Shown one piece after another: positions 48,101 to 63,100 of a stretch of 64,000 nt of DNA. Each line of letters starts with the position of its first letter. Within the stretch, counting starts at the first letter, position 1. Source of the stretch: Squalus acanthias (taxonomy: Eukaryota). The notes under the pieces are model-generated. The model was not told the origin of the DNA and made no database searches. It was given only the letters and a program-made list of their open reading frames with translations. The stretch is from assembly GCA_030390025.1 (NCBI GenBank), contig CM059431.1, positions 95,296,001-95,360,000 on the forward strand, read 5' to 3'. Made by a program: the position numbers and the translations under genes.

Positions 48101-51100
48101 GGGGGTCTGATGTGGTGCTGCATGAATGCAGTTTGGGAGATTCTGGGGGTGTGATATGCTGCTGTATGAATGCAGTTTGTGAGATCCTGGGGGTGTGATA
48201 TGGTATGTATGAATACAGGTTAGGAGATCCTGTGGGTGTGATATGGTGCTGTACGAATGCAGTTTGGGAGATCCTGGGGGTGTGATATGGTGCTGTATGA
48301 ATGTAGTTTGGGAGATCCTGGGGTGTGATACGGTGCTGTATGAATGCATTTGGGAGATCCTGGGGTGTGATATGGTGCTGTACGAATGCAGTTTGGGAGA
48401 TCCTGGGGGTGGGATATGTTACTGTACGAATACAGTTTGGGAGATCCTGAAGCTGTGATATTGTGCTCTATGAATACAGTTTGGGAGATCCTGGGGTGTG
48501 ATATGGTGCTGTACGAATGCAGTTTGGGAGATCCTGGGGGTGTGATATGCTGCTGTATGAATACAGTTTGGGAGATCCTGCAGGTGTGACATGGTGCTGT
48601 ATGAATACAGTTTGGGAGATCCTGGGGTGTGATATGGTGCTGTACGAATGCAGTTTAGAGTTCCTGGGGGTCTGATGTGGTACTGTATGAATACCGTTTG
48701 GGAGATTCTGGGGGTGTGATATGCTGCTGTATGAATGCAGTTTTTGAGATCCTGGGGGTGTGATATGGTGCTGTATGAATACAGTTTGGGAGATCCTGGG
48801 GGTGTGATATGGTGCTGTATGAATACAGTTTGGGAGATCCTGGGGGTGCGATATGGTGCTGTATGAATACAGTTTGGGAGATCCTGGGGGTGTGATATGG
48901 TGCTGTATGAATACAGTTTGGGAGATCCTGGGGGTGTGATATGGTGCTGTATGAATACAGTTTGGGAGATCCTGGGGGTGTGATATGTTACTGTACGAAT
49001 GCAGTTTGGGAGATCCTGGGGGTGTGATATGGTGCTATATGAATACTGTTTGCGAGATCCTGGGGGTGTGATATGGTTCTGTACGAAGGCAGTTTGTGAG
49101 AACTTGTGGATGTGATATGGTGCTGTATGAATACAGTTTGGGAGATCCTGGGGGTGTGATATGGTGCTGTATGAATGCAGTTTGGGAGATCCTGGGGGTG
49201 TGATATGGTGCTGTATGAATACAGTTTGGGAGATCCTGGGGGTGTGATATGGTGCTGTATGAATACAGTTTGGGAGATCCTGGGGGTGTGATATGGTGCT
49301 GTATGAATACAGTTTGGGAGATCCTGGGGGTGTGATATGGTGCTGTATGAATACAGTTTGGGAGATCCTGGGGGTGTGATATGTTACTGTACGAATGCAG
49401 TTTGGGAGATCCTGGGGCTGTGATATGGTGCTATATGAATACTGTTTGCGAGATCCTGGGGGTGTGATATGGTTCTGTATGAAGGCAGTTTGTGAGAACT
49501 TGTGGATGTGATATGGTGCTGTATGAATACAGTTTGGGAGATCCTGGGGGTGTGATATGGTGCTGTATGAATGCAGTTTGGGAGATCCTGGGGGTGTGAT
49601 ATGGTGCTGTACGAAGGCAGTTTGTGAGAACTTGTGGATGTGATATGGTGCTGTATGAATACAGTTTGTGAGATCCTGGGGTTGTGATATGGTGCTGTAT
49701 GAATACAGGTTGGGAGATCCTGGGGGTGTGATATGATGCTGTATGAATACAGTTTGGGAGATCCTGGGGTTGTGGTATGGTGCTGTAAGAATGTAGTTTG
49801 GGAGATCCTGGGGTGTGATACGGTGCTGTATGAATGCACTTTGGGAGATCCTGGGGGTGTGATATGGTGCTGTATGAAAGCACTTTGGGAGATCCTGGGG
49901 GTGTGATATGGTGCTGTATGAATACAGTTTGGGAGATCCTGGGTGTGTGATATGGTGCTGTATGAAAGCACTTTGGGAGATCCTGGGGGTGTGATATGCT
50001 GCTGTGTGAATACAGTTTGGGAGATCCTGAAGCTGTGATATTGTGCTCTATGAATACAGTTTGGGAGATCCTGGGGGTGTGATATGGTGCTGTATGAATG
50101 CAGTTTGGGAGATCCTGGGGATGTGATATGGTGCTGTATTTATACAGTTTGGAAGATCCTGGGGGTGTGATATGGTGCTATACGAATGCAGTTTGGGAGA
50201 TCCTGGGGGTGTGATATTGTGCTGTATTTATACAGTTTGGAAGATCCTGGGGGTGTGATATGGTGCTATACGAATGCAGTTTGGGAGATCCTGGGGGTGT
50301 GATATGGTGCTTTATGTGTACAGTTTGGGAGATCCTGGGGGTGTGATATGCCGCTGTATGAATACAGTTTTGGAGATCCTGGGGTGTGATATGGTGCTGT
50401 ACGAATGCAGTTTAGGGATCCTGGGGGTCTGATGTGGTGCTGCATGAATGCAGTTTGGGAGATTCTGGGGGTGTGATATGCTGCTGTATGAATGCAGTTT
50501 GTGAGATCCTGGGGGTGTGATATGGTATGTATGAATACAGGTTAGGAAATCCTGGGGGTTTGATATGGTGCTGTACGAATGCAGTTTGGGAGATCCTGGG
50601 GGTTTGATATGGTGCTGTATGAATGTAGTTTGGGAGATCCTGGGGTGTGATACGGTGCTGTATGAATGCATTTGGGAGATCCTGGGGTGTGATATGGTGC
50701 TGTACGAATGCAATTTGGGAGATCCTGGGGGTGGGATATGTTACTGTACGAATACAGTTTGGGAGATCCTGAAGCTGTGATATTGTGCTCTATGAATACA
50801 GTTTGGGAGATCCTGGGGGTGTGATATGGTGCTGTATGAATGCAGTTTGGGAGATCCTGGGGGTGTGATATGGTGCTGTATGAATGCAGTTTGGGAGATC
50901 CTGGGGTGTGATATGGTGCTGTACGAAGGCAGTTTGTGAGAACTTGTGGATGTGATATGGTGCTGTATGAATGCAGTTTGGGAGATCCTGGGGGTGTGAT
51001 ATTGTGCTGTATTTATACAGTTTGGAAGATCCTGGGGGTGTGATATGGTGCTATACGAATGCAGTTTGGGAGATCCTGGGGGTGTGATATGCTGCTGTAT

Positions 51101-54100
51101 GAATACAGTTTGGGAGATCCTGCAGGTGTGACATGGTGCTGTATGAATACAGTTTGGGAGATCCTGGGGTGTGATATGGTGCTGTACGAATGCAGTTTAG
51201 AGTTCCTGGGGGTCTGATGTGGTACTGTATGAATACCGTTTGGGAGATTCTGGGGGTGTGATATGCTGCTGTATGAATGCAGTTTTTGAGATCCTGGGGG
51301 TGTGATATGGTGCTGTATGAATACAGTTTGGGAGATCCTGGGGGTGTGATATGGTGCTGTATGAATACAGTTTGGGAGATCCTGGGGGTGTGATATGGTG
51401 CTGTATGAATACAGTTTGGGAGATCCTGGGGGTGTGATATGGTGCTGTATGAATACAGTTTGGGAGATCCTGGGGGTGTGATATGGTGCTGTATGAATAC
51501 AGTTTGGGAGATCCTGGGGGTGTGATATGTTACTGTACGAATGCAGTTTGGGAGATCCTGGGGCTGTGATATGGTGCTATATGAATACTGTTTGCGAGAT
51601 CCTGGGGGTGTGATATGGTTCTGTACGAAGGCAGTTTGTGAGAACTTGTGGATGTGATATGGTGCTGTATGAATACAGTTTGGGAGATCCTGGGGGTGTG
51701 ATATGGTGCTGTATGAATGCAGTTTGGGAGATCCTGGGGGTGTGATATGGTGCTGTACGAAGGCAGTTTGTGAGAACTTGTGGATGTGATATGGTGCTGT
51801 ATGAATACAGTTTGGGAGATCCTGGGGGTGTGATATGGTGCTGTATGAATACAGTTTGGGAGATCCTGGGGTATGATATGGTGCTGTACGAATGCAGTTT
51901 AGGGATCCTGGGGGTCTGATGTGGTACTGTATGAATACAGTTCGTGAAATCCTGGGCGTGTGATATGGTGCTGCATGAATGCAGTTTGGGAGATTCTGGG
52001 GGTGTGATATGCTGCTGTATGAATGCAGTTTGTGAGATCCTGGGGTTGTGATATGGTGCTGTATGAATAAAGGTTTGGAGATCCTGGGGGTGTGATATGA
52101 TGCTGTATGAATACAGTTTGGGAGATCCTGGGGTTGTGGTATGGTGCTGTATGAATGTAGTTTGGGAGATCCTGGGGTGTGATACGGTGCTGTATGAATG
52201 CACTTTGGGAGATCCTGGGGTGTGATATGGTGCTGTATGAAAGCACTTTGGGAGATCCTGGGGGTGTGATATGGTTCTGTATGAAAGCACTTTGGGAGAT
52301 CCTGGGGGTGTGATATGGTGCTGTATGAATACAGTTTGGGAGATCCTGGGGGTGTGATATGGTGCTGTATGAAAGCACTTTGGGAGATCCTGGGGGTGTG
52401 ATATGCTGCTGTGTGAATACAGTTTGGGAGATCCTGAAGCTGTGATATTGTGCTCTATGAATACAGTTTGGGAGATCCTGGGGGTGTGATATGGTGCTGT
52501 ATGAATGCAGTTTGGGAGATCCTGGGGATGTGATATGGTGCTGTATGAATGCAGTTTGGGAGATCCTGGGGGTGTGATATTGTGCTGTATTTATACAGTT
52601 TGGAAGATCCTGGGGGTGTGATATGGTGCTATACGAATGCAGTTTGGGAGATCCTGGGGGTGTGATATGGTGCTTTATGTGTACAGTTTGGGAGATCCTG
52701 GGGGTGTGATATGCCGCTGTATGAATACAGTTTTGGAGATCCTGGGGTGTGATATGGTGCTGTACGAATGCAGTTTAGGGATCCTGGGGGTCTGATGTGG
52801 TGCTGCATGAATGCAGTTTGGGAGATTCTGGGGGTGTGATATGCTGCTGTATGAATGCAGTTTGTGAGATCCTGGGGGTGTGATATGGTATGTATGAATA
52901 CAGGTTAGGAGATCCTGGGGGTTTGATATGGTGCTGTACGAATGCAGTTTGGGAGATCCTGGGGGTGTGATATGGTGCTGTATGAATGTAGTTTGGGAGA
53001 TCCTGGGGTGTGATACGGTGCTGTATGAATGCATTTGGGAGATCCTGGGGTGTGATATGGTGCTGTACGAATGCAGTTTGGGAGATCCTGGGGGTGGGAT
53101 ATGTTACTGTACGAATACAGTTTGGGAGATCCTGAAGCTGTGATATTGTGCTCTATGAATACAGTTTGGGAGATCCTGGGGGTGTGATATGGTGCTGTAT
53201 GAATGCAGTTTGGGAGATCCTGGGGGTGTGATATGGTGCTGTATGAATGCAGTTTGGGAGATCCTGGGGTGTGATATGGTGCTGTACGAAGGCAGTTTGT
53301 GAGAACTTGTGGATGTGATATGGTGCTGTATGAATGCAGTTTGGGAGATCCTGGGGGTGTGAAATAGTGCTGTATTTATACAGTTTGGAAGATCCTGGGG
53401 GTGTGATATGGTGCTATACGAATGCAGTTTGGGAGATCCTGGGGGTGTGATATGCTGCTGTATGAATACAGTTTGGGAGATCCTGCAGGTGTGACATGGT
53501 GCTGTATGAATACAGTTTGGGAGATCCTGGGGTGTGATATGGTGCTGTACGAATGCAGTTTAGAGTTCCTGGGGGTCTGATGTGGTACTGTATGAATACC
53601 GTTTGGAGATTCTGGGGGTGTGATATGCTGCTGTATGAATGCAGTTTTTGAGATCCTGGGGGTGTGATATGGTGCTGTATGAATACAGTTTGGGAGATCC
53701 TGGGGGTGTGATATGGTGCTGTATGAATACAGTTTGGGAGATCCTGGGGGTGTGATATGGTGCTGTATGAATACAGTTTGGGAGATCCTGGGGGTGTGAT
53801 ATGGTGCTGTATGAATACAGTTTGGGAGATCCTGGGGGTGTGATATGGTGCTGTATGAATACAGTTTGGGAGATCCTGGGGATGTGATATGTTACTGTAC
53901 GAATGCAGTTTGGGAGATCCTGGGGCTGTGATATGGTGCTATATGAATACTGTTTGCGAGATCCTGGGGGTGTGATATGGTTCTGTACGAAGGCAGTTTG
54001 TGAGAACTTGTGGATGTGATATGGTGCTGTATGAATACAGTTTGGGAGATCCTGGGGGTGTGATATGGTGCTGTATGAATGCAGTTTGGGAGATCCTGGG

Positions 54101-57100
54101 GGTGTGATATGGTGCTGTACGAAGGCAGTTTGTGAGAACTTGTGGATGTGATATGGTGCTGTATGAATACAGTTTGGGAGATCCTGGGGGTGTGATATGG
54201 TGCTGTATGAATACAGTTTGGGAGATCCTGGGGTATGATATGGTGCTGTACGAATGCAGTTTAGGGATCCTGGGGGTCTGATGTGGTACTGTATGAATAC
54301 AGTTCGTGAAATCCTGGGCGTGTGATATGGTGCTGCATGAATGCAGTTTGGGAGATTCTGGGGGTGTGATATGCTGCTGTATGAATGCAGTTTGTGAGAT
54401 CCTGGGGTTGTGATATGGTGCTGTATGAATAAAGGTTTGGAGATCCTGGGGGTGTGATATGATGCTGTATGAATACAGTTTGGGAGATCCTGGGGTTGTG
54501 GTATGGTGCTGTATGAATGTAGTTTGGGAGATCCTGGGGTGTGATACGGTGCTGTATGAATGCACTTTGGGAGATCCTGGGGTGTGATATGGTGCTGTAT
54601 GAAAGCACTTTGGGAGATCCTGGGGGTGTGATATGGTTCTGTATGAAAGCACTTTGGGAGATCCTGGGGGTGTGATATGGTGCTGTATGAATACAGTTTG
54701 GGAGATCCTGGGGGTGTGATATGGTGCTGTATGAAAGCACTTTGGGAGATCCTGGGGGTGTGATATGCTGCTGTGTGAATACAGTTTGGGAGATCCTGAA
54801 GCTGTGATATTGTGCTCTATGAATACAGTTTGGGAGATCCTGGGGGTGTGATATGGTGCTGTATGAATGCAGTTTGGGAGATCCTGGGGATGTGATATGG
54901 TGCTGTATGAATGCAGTTTGGGAGATCCTGGGGGTGTGATATTGTGCTGTATTTATACAGTTTGGAAGATCCTGGGGGTGTGATATGGTGCTATACGAAT
55001 GCAGTTTGGGAGATCCTGGGGGTGTGATATGGTGCTTTATGTATACAGTTTGGGAGATCCTGGGGGTGTGATATGCCGCTGTATGAATACAGTTTGGGAG
55101 ATCCTGCGGGTGTGACATGGTGCTGTATGAATACAGTTTTGGAGATCCTGGGGTGTGATATGGTGCTGTACGAATGCAGTTTAGGGATCCTGGGGGTCTG
55201 ATGTGGTACTGTATGAATACAGTTCGTGAAATCCTGGGCGTGTGATATGGTGCTATACGAATGCAGTTTGGGAGATTCTGGGGGTGTGATATGCTGCTGT
55301 ATGAATGCAGTTTGTGAGATCCTGGGGGTGTGATATGGTATGTATGAATACAGGTTAGGAGATCCTGGGGGTGTGATATGGTGCTGTACGAATGCAGTTT
55401 GGGAGATCCTGGGGGTGTGATATGGTGCTGTATGAATGTAGTTTGGGAGATCCTGGGGTGTGATACGGTGCTGTATGAATGCACTTTGGGAGATCCTGGG
55501 GTGTGATATGGTGCTGTACGAATGCAGTTTGGGAGATCCTGGGGGTGTGATATGGTGCTTTATGAATACAGTTTGGGAGATCCTGGGTCTGTGATATGGT
55601 GCTGTTTGAATACAGTTTGGGAGATCCTGAAGCTGTGATATTGTGCTCTATGAATACAGTTTGGGAGATCCTGGGGGTGTGATATGGTGCTGTATGAATG
55701 CAGTTTGGGAGATCCTGGGGATGTGATATGTTACTGTACGAATGCAGTTTGGGAGATCCTGGGGCTGTGATATGGTGCTATATGAATACTGTTTGCGAGA
55801 TCCTGGGGGTGTGATATGGTTCTGTACGAAGGCAGTTTGTGAGAACTTGTGGATGTGATATGGTGCTGTATGAATACAGTTTGGGAGATCCTGGGGGTGT
55901 GATATGGTGCTGTATGAATGCAGTTTGGGAGATCCTGGGGGTGTGATATGGTGCTGTACGAAGGCAGTTTGTGAGAACTTGTGGATGTGATATGGTGCTG
56001 TATGAATACAGTTTGGGAGATCCTGGGGGTGTGATATGGTGCTGTATGAATACAGTTTGGGAGATCCTGGGGTATGATATGGTGCTGTACGAATGCAGTT
56101 TAGGGATCCTGGGGGTCTGATGTGGTACTGTATGAATACAGTTCGTGAAATCCTGGGCGTGTGATATGGTGCTGCATGAATGCAGTTTGGGAGATTCTGG
56201 GGGTGTGATATGCTGCTGTATGAATGCAGTTTGTGAGATCCTGGGGTTGTGATATGGTGCTGTATGAATAAAGGTTTGGAGATCCTGGGGGTGTGATATG
56301 ATGCTGTATGAATACAGTTTGGGAGATCCTGGGGTTGTGGTATGGTGCTGTATGAATGTAGTTTGGGAGATCCTGGGGTGTGATACGGTGCTGTATGAAT
56401 GCACTTTGGGAGATCCTGGGGTGTGATATGGTGCTGTATGAAAGCACTTTGGGAGATCCTGGGGGTGTGATATGGTTCTGTATGAAAGCACTTTGGGAGA
56501 TCCTGGGGTGTGATATGGTGCTGTATGAATACAGTATGGGAGATCCTGGGGGTGTGATATGGTGCTGTATGAAAGCACTTTGGGAGATCCTGGGGGTGTG
56601 ATATGCTGCTGTGTGAATACAGTTTGGGAGATCCTGAAGCTGTGATATTGTGCTCTATGAATACAGTTTGGGAGATCCTGGGGGTGTGATATGGTGCTGT
56701 ATGAATGCAGTTTGGGAGATCCTGGGGATGTGATATGGTGCTGTATGAATGCAGTTTGGGAGATCCTGGGGGTGTGATATTGTGCTGTATTTATACAGTT
56801 TGGAAGATCCTGGGGGTGTGATATGGTGCTATACGAATGCAGTTTGGGAGATCCTGGGGGTGTGATATGGTGCTTTATGTATACAGTTTGGGAGATCCTG
56901 GGGGTGTGATATGCCGCTGTATGAATACAGTTTGGGAGATCCTGCGGGTGTGACATGGTGCTGTATGAATACAGTTTTGGAGATCCTGGGGTGTGATATG
57001 GTGCTGTACGAATGCAGTTTAGGGATCCTGGGGGTCTGATGTGGTACTGTATGAATACAGTTCGTGAAATCCTGGGCGTGTGATATGGTGCTATACGAAT

Positions 57101-60100
57101 GCAGTTTGGGAGATTCTGGGGGTGTGATATGCTGCTGTATGAATGCAGTTTGTGAGATCCTGGGGGTGTGATATGGTATGTATGAATACAGGTTAGGAGA
57201 TCCTGGGGGTGTGATATGGTGCTGTACGAATGCAGTTTGGGAGATCCTGGGGGTGTGATATGGTGCTGTATGAATGTAGTTTGGGAGATCCTGGGGTGTG
57301 ATACGGTGCTGTATGAATGCACTTTGGGAGATCCTGGGGTGTGATATGGTGCTGTACGAATGCAGTTTGGGAGATCCTGGGGGTGTGATATGGTGCTTTA
57401 TGAATACAGTTTGGGAGATCCTGGGTCTGTGATATGGTGCTGTTTGAATACAGTTTGGGAGATCCTGAAGCTGTGATATTGTGCTCTATGAATACAGTTT
57501 GGGAGATCCTGGGGGTGTGATATGGTGCTGTACGAATGCAGTTTGTGAGATCCTGGGGGTGTGATATGGTGCTGTACGAATGCAGTTTGTGAGAACTTGT
57601 GGATCTGATGTGGTGCTGTATGAATGCAGTTTGGGAGATCCTGGGGGTGTGATATGGTGCTGTATGAATACAGTTTGGGAAATCCTGGGTGTGTGATATG
57701 GTGCTGTATGAATGCAGTGTGGGAGATCCTGGGGGTGGGATATGTTACTGTACGAATACAGTTTGGGAGATCCTGAAGCTGTGATATTGTGCTCTATGAA
57801 TACAGTTTGGGAGATCCTGGGGGTGTGATATGGTGCTGTACGAAGGCAGTTTGTGAGAACTTGTGGATGTGATATGGTGCTGTATGAATGCAATTTGGGA
57901 GATCCTGGGGGTGTGATATTGTGCTGTATTTATACAGTTTGGAAGATCCTGGGGGTGTGATATGGTGCTGTACGAATGCTGTTTGGGAGATCCTGGGGGT
58001 GTGATATGGTGCTGTATGAATGTAGTTTGGGAGATCCTGGGGTGTGATACGGTGCTGTATGAATGCATTTGGGAGATCCTGGGGTGTGATATGGTGCTGT
58101 ACGAATGCAGTTTGGGAGATCCTGGGGGTGGGATATGTTACTGTACGAATACAGTTTGGGAGATCCTGAAGCTGTGATATTGTGCTCTATGAATACAGTT
58201 TGGGAGATCCTGGGGGTGTGATATGGTGCTGTATGAATGCAGTTTGGGAGATCCTGGGGCTGTGATATGGTGCTGTATGAATGCAGTTTGGGAGATCCTG
58301 GGGTGTGATATGGTGCTGTACGAATGCAGTTTGTGAGAACTTGTGGATGTGATATGGTGCTGTATGAATGCAGTTTGGGAGATCCTGGGGGTGTGATATT
58401 GTGCTGTATTTATACAGTTTGGAAGATCCTGGGGGTGTGATATGGTGCTATACGAATGCAGTTTGGGAGATCCTGGGGGTGTGATATGCTGCTGTATGAA
58501 TACAGTTTGGGAGATCCTGCAGGTGTGACATGGTGCTGTATGAATACAGTTTGGGAGATCCTGGGGTGTGATATGGTGCTGTACGAATGCAGTTTAGAGT
58601 TCCTGGGGGTCTGATGTGGTACTGTATGAATACCGTTTGGGAGATTCTGGGGGTGTGATATGCTGCTGTATGAATGCAGTTTTTGAGATCCTGGGGGTGT
58701 GATATGGTGCTGTATGAATACAGTTTGGGAGATCCTGGGGGTGTGATATGGTGCTGTATGAATACAGTTTGGGAGATCCTGGGGGTGTGATATGGTGCTG
58801 TATGAATACAGTTTGGGAGATCCTGGGGGTGTGATATGGTGCTGTATGAATACAGTTTGGGAGATCCTGGGGGTGTGATATGGTGCTGTATGAATACAGT
58901 TTGGGAGATCCTGGGGGTGTGATATGTTACTGTACGAATGCAGTTTGGGAGATCCTGGGGCTGTGATATGGTGCTATATGAATACTGTTTGCGAGATCCT
59001 GGTGGTGTGATATGGTGCTGTACGAAGGCAGTTTGTGAGAACTTGTGGATGTGATATGGTGCTGTATGAATACAGTTTGGGAGATCCTGGGGGTGTGATA
59101 TGGTGCTGTATGAATGCAGTTTGGGAGATCCTGGGGGTGTGATATGGTGCTGTACGAAGGCAGTTTGTGAGAACTTGTGGATGTGATATGGTGCTGTATG
59201 AATACAGTTTGGGAGATCCTGGGGGTGTGATATGGTGCTGTATGAATACAGTTTGGGAGATCCTGGGGTATGATATGGTGCTGTACGAATGCAGTTTAGG
59301 GATCCTGGGGGTCTGATGTGGTACTGTATGAATACAGTTCGTGAAATCCTGGGCGTGTGATATGGTGCTGCATGAATGCAGTTTGGGAGATTCTGGGGGT
59401 GTGATATGGTGCTGTATGAATACAGGTTGGGAGATCCTGGGGGTGTGATATGATGCTGTATGAATACAGTTTGGGAGATCCTGGGGTTGTGATATGGTGC
59501 TGTATGAATGTAGTTTGGGAGATCCTGGGGTGTGATACGGTGCTGTATGAATGCACTTTGGGAGATCCTGGGGTGTGATATGGTGCTGTATGAAAGCACT
59601 TTGGGAGATCCTGGGGGTGTGATATGGTGCTGTATGAAAGCACTTTGGGAGATCCTGGGGGTGTGATATGGTGCTGTATGAATACAGTTTGGGAGATCCT
59701 GGGGGTGTGATATGGTGCTGTATGAAAGCACTTTGGGAGATCCTGGGGGTGTGATATGCTGCTGTGTGAATACAGTTTGGGAGATCCTGAAGCTGTGATA
59801 TTGTGCTCTATGAATACAGTTTGGGAGATCCTGGGGGTGTGATATGGTGCTGTATGAATGCAGTTTGGGAGATCCTGGGGATGTGATATGGTGCTGTATG
59901 AATGCAGTTTGGGAGATCCTGGGGGTGTGATATTGTGCTGTATTTATACAGTTTGGAAGATCCTGGGGGTGTGATATGGTGCTATACGAATGCAGTTTGG
60001 GAGATCCTGGGGGTGTGATATGGTGCTTTATGTATACAGTTTGGGAGATCCTGGGGGTGTGATATGCCGCTGTATGAATACAGTTTGGGAGATCCTGCGG

Positions 60101-63100
60101 GTGTGACATGGTGCTGTATGAATACAGTTTTGGAGATCCTGGGGTGTGATATGGTGCTGTACGAATGCAGTTTAGGGATCCTGGGGGTCTGATGTGGTAC
60201 TGTATGAATACAGTTCGTGAAATCCTGGGCGTGTGATATGGTGCTATACGAATGCAGTTTGGGAGATTCTGGGGGTGTGATATGCTGCTGTATGAATGCA
60301 GTTTGTGAGATCCTGGGGGTGTGATATGGTATGTATGAATACAGGTTAGGAGATCCTGGGGGTGTGATATGGTGCTGTACGAATGCAGTTTGGGAGATCC
60401 TGGGGGTGTGATATGGTATGTATGAATACAGGTTAGGAGATCCTGGGGGTGTGATATGGTGCTGTATGAATGTAGTTTGGGAGATCCTGGGGTGTGATAC
60501 GGTGCTGTATGAATGCACTTTGGGAGATCCTGGGGTGTGATATGGTGCTTTATGAATACAGTTTGGGAGATCCTGGGTCTGTGATATGGTGCTGTTTGAA
60601 TACAGTTTGGGAGATCCTGAAGCTGTGATATTGTGCTCTATGAATACAGTTTGGGAGATCCTGGGGGTGTGATATGGTGCTGTACGAATGCAGTTTGTGA
60701 GATCCTGGGGGTGTGATATGGTGCTGTACGAATGCAGTTTGTGAGAACTTGTGGATCTGATGTGGTGCTGTATGAATGCAGTTTGGGAGATCCAGGGGGT
60801 GTGATATGGTGCTGTATGAATACAGTTTGTGAAATCCTGGGTGTGTGATATGGTGCTGTATGAATGCAGTGTGGGAGATCCTGGGGGTGGGATATGTTAC
60901 TGTACGAATACAGTTTGGGAGATCCTGAAGCTGTGATATTGTGCTCTATGAATACAGTTTGGGAGATCCTGGGGGTGTGATATGGTGCTGTATGAATGCA
61001 ATTTGGGAGATCCTGGGGGTGTGATATTGTGCTGTATTTATACAGTTTGGAAGATCCTGGGGGTGTGATATGGTGCTATACGAATGCAGTTTGGGAGATC
61101 CTGGGGGTGTGATATGCTGCTGTATGAATACAGTTTGGGAGATCCTGCAGGTGTGACATGGTGCTGTATGAATACAGTTTGGGAGATCCTGGGGTGTGAT
61201 ATGGTGCTGTACGAATGCAGTTTAGAGTTCCTGGGGGTCTGATGTGGTACTGTATGAATACCGTTTGGGAGATTCTGGGGGTGTGATATGCTGCTGTATG
61301 AATGCAGTTTTTGAGATCCTGGGGGTGTGATATGGTGTTGTATGAATACAGTTTGGGAGATCCTGGGGGTGTGATATGGTGCTGTATGAATACAGTTTGG
61401 GAGATCCTGGGGGTGTGATATGGTGCTGTATGAATACAGTTTGGGAGATCCTGGGGGTGTGATATGGTGCTGTATGAATACAGTTTGGGAGATCCTGGGG
61501 GTGTGATATGGTGCTGTATGAATACAGTTTGGGAGATCCTGGGGGTGTGATATGGTGCTGTATGAATACAGTTTGGGAGATCCTGGGGGTGTGATATGTT
61601 ACTGTACGAATGCAGTTTGGGAGATCCTGGGGCTGTGATATGGTGCTATATGAATACTGTTTGCGAGATCCTGGGGGTGTGATATGGTTCTGTACGAAGG
61701 CAGTTTGTGAGAACTTGTGGATGTGATATGGTGCTGTATGAATACAGTTTGGGAGATCCTGGGGGTGTGATATGGTGCTGTATGAATGCAGTTTGGGAGA
61801 TCCTGGGGGTGTGATATGGTGCTGTACGAAGGCAGTTTGTGAGAACTTGTGGATGTGATATGGTGCTGTATGAATACAGTTTGGGAGATCCTGGGGGTGT
61901 GATATGGTGCTGTATGAATACAGTTTGGGAGATCCTGGGGTATGATATGGTGCTGTACGAATGCAGTTTAGGGATCCTGGGGGTCTGATGTGGTACTGTA
62001 TGAATACAGTTCGTGAAATCCTGGGCGTGTGATATGGTGCTGCATGAATGCAGTTTGGGAGATTCTGGGGGTGTGATATGCTGCTGTATGAATGCAGTTT
62101 GTGAGATCCTGGGGTTGTGATATGGTGCTGTATGAATAAAGGTTTGGAGATCCTGGGGGTGTGATATGATGCTGTATGAATACAGTTTGGGAGATCCTGG
62201 GGTTGTGGTATGGTGCTGTATGAATGTAGTTTGGGAGATCCTGGGGTGTGATACGGTGCTGTATGAATGCACTTTGGGAGATCCTGGGGTGTGATATGGT
62301 GCTGTATGAAAGCACTTTGGGAGATCCTGGGGGTGTGATATGGTTCTGTATGAAAGCACTTTGGGAGATCCTGGGGGTGTGATATGGTGCTGTATGAATA
62401 CAGTTTGGGAGATCCTGGGGGTGTGATATGGTGCTGTATGAAAGCACTTTGGGAGATCCTGGGGGTGTGATATGGTGCTGTATGAATGCAGTTTGGGAGA
62501 TCCTGGGGGTGTGATATTGTGCTGTATTTATACAGTTTGGAAGATCCTGGGGGTGTGATATGGTGCTATACGAATGCAGTTTGGGAGATCCTGGGGGTGT
62601 GATATGGTGCTTTATGTATACAGTTTGGGAGATCCTGGGGGTGTGATATGCCGCTGTATGAATACAGTTTGGGAGATCCTGGGGGTGTGATATTGTGCTG
62701 TATTTATACAGTTTGGAAGATCCTGGGGGTGTGATATGGTGCTATACGAATGCAGTTTGGGAGATCCTGGGGGTGTGATATGGTGCTTTATGTATACAGT
62801 TTGGGAGATCCTGGGGGTGTGATATGCCGCTGTATGAATACAGTTTGGGAGATCCTGGGGTGTGATATGGTGCTGTTTGAATACAGTTTGGGAGATCCTG
62901 AAGCTGTGATATTGTGCTCTATGAATACAGTTTGGGAGATCCTGGGGGTGTGATATGGTGCTGTACGAATGCAGTTTGTGAGATCCTGGGGGTGTGATAC
63001 GGTGCTGTATGAATGCAGTTTGGGAGATCCTGGGGGTGTGATATGGTGCTGTATGAATACAGTTTGGGAAATCCTGGGTGTGTGATATGGTGCTGTATGA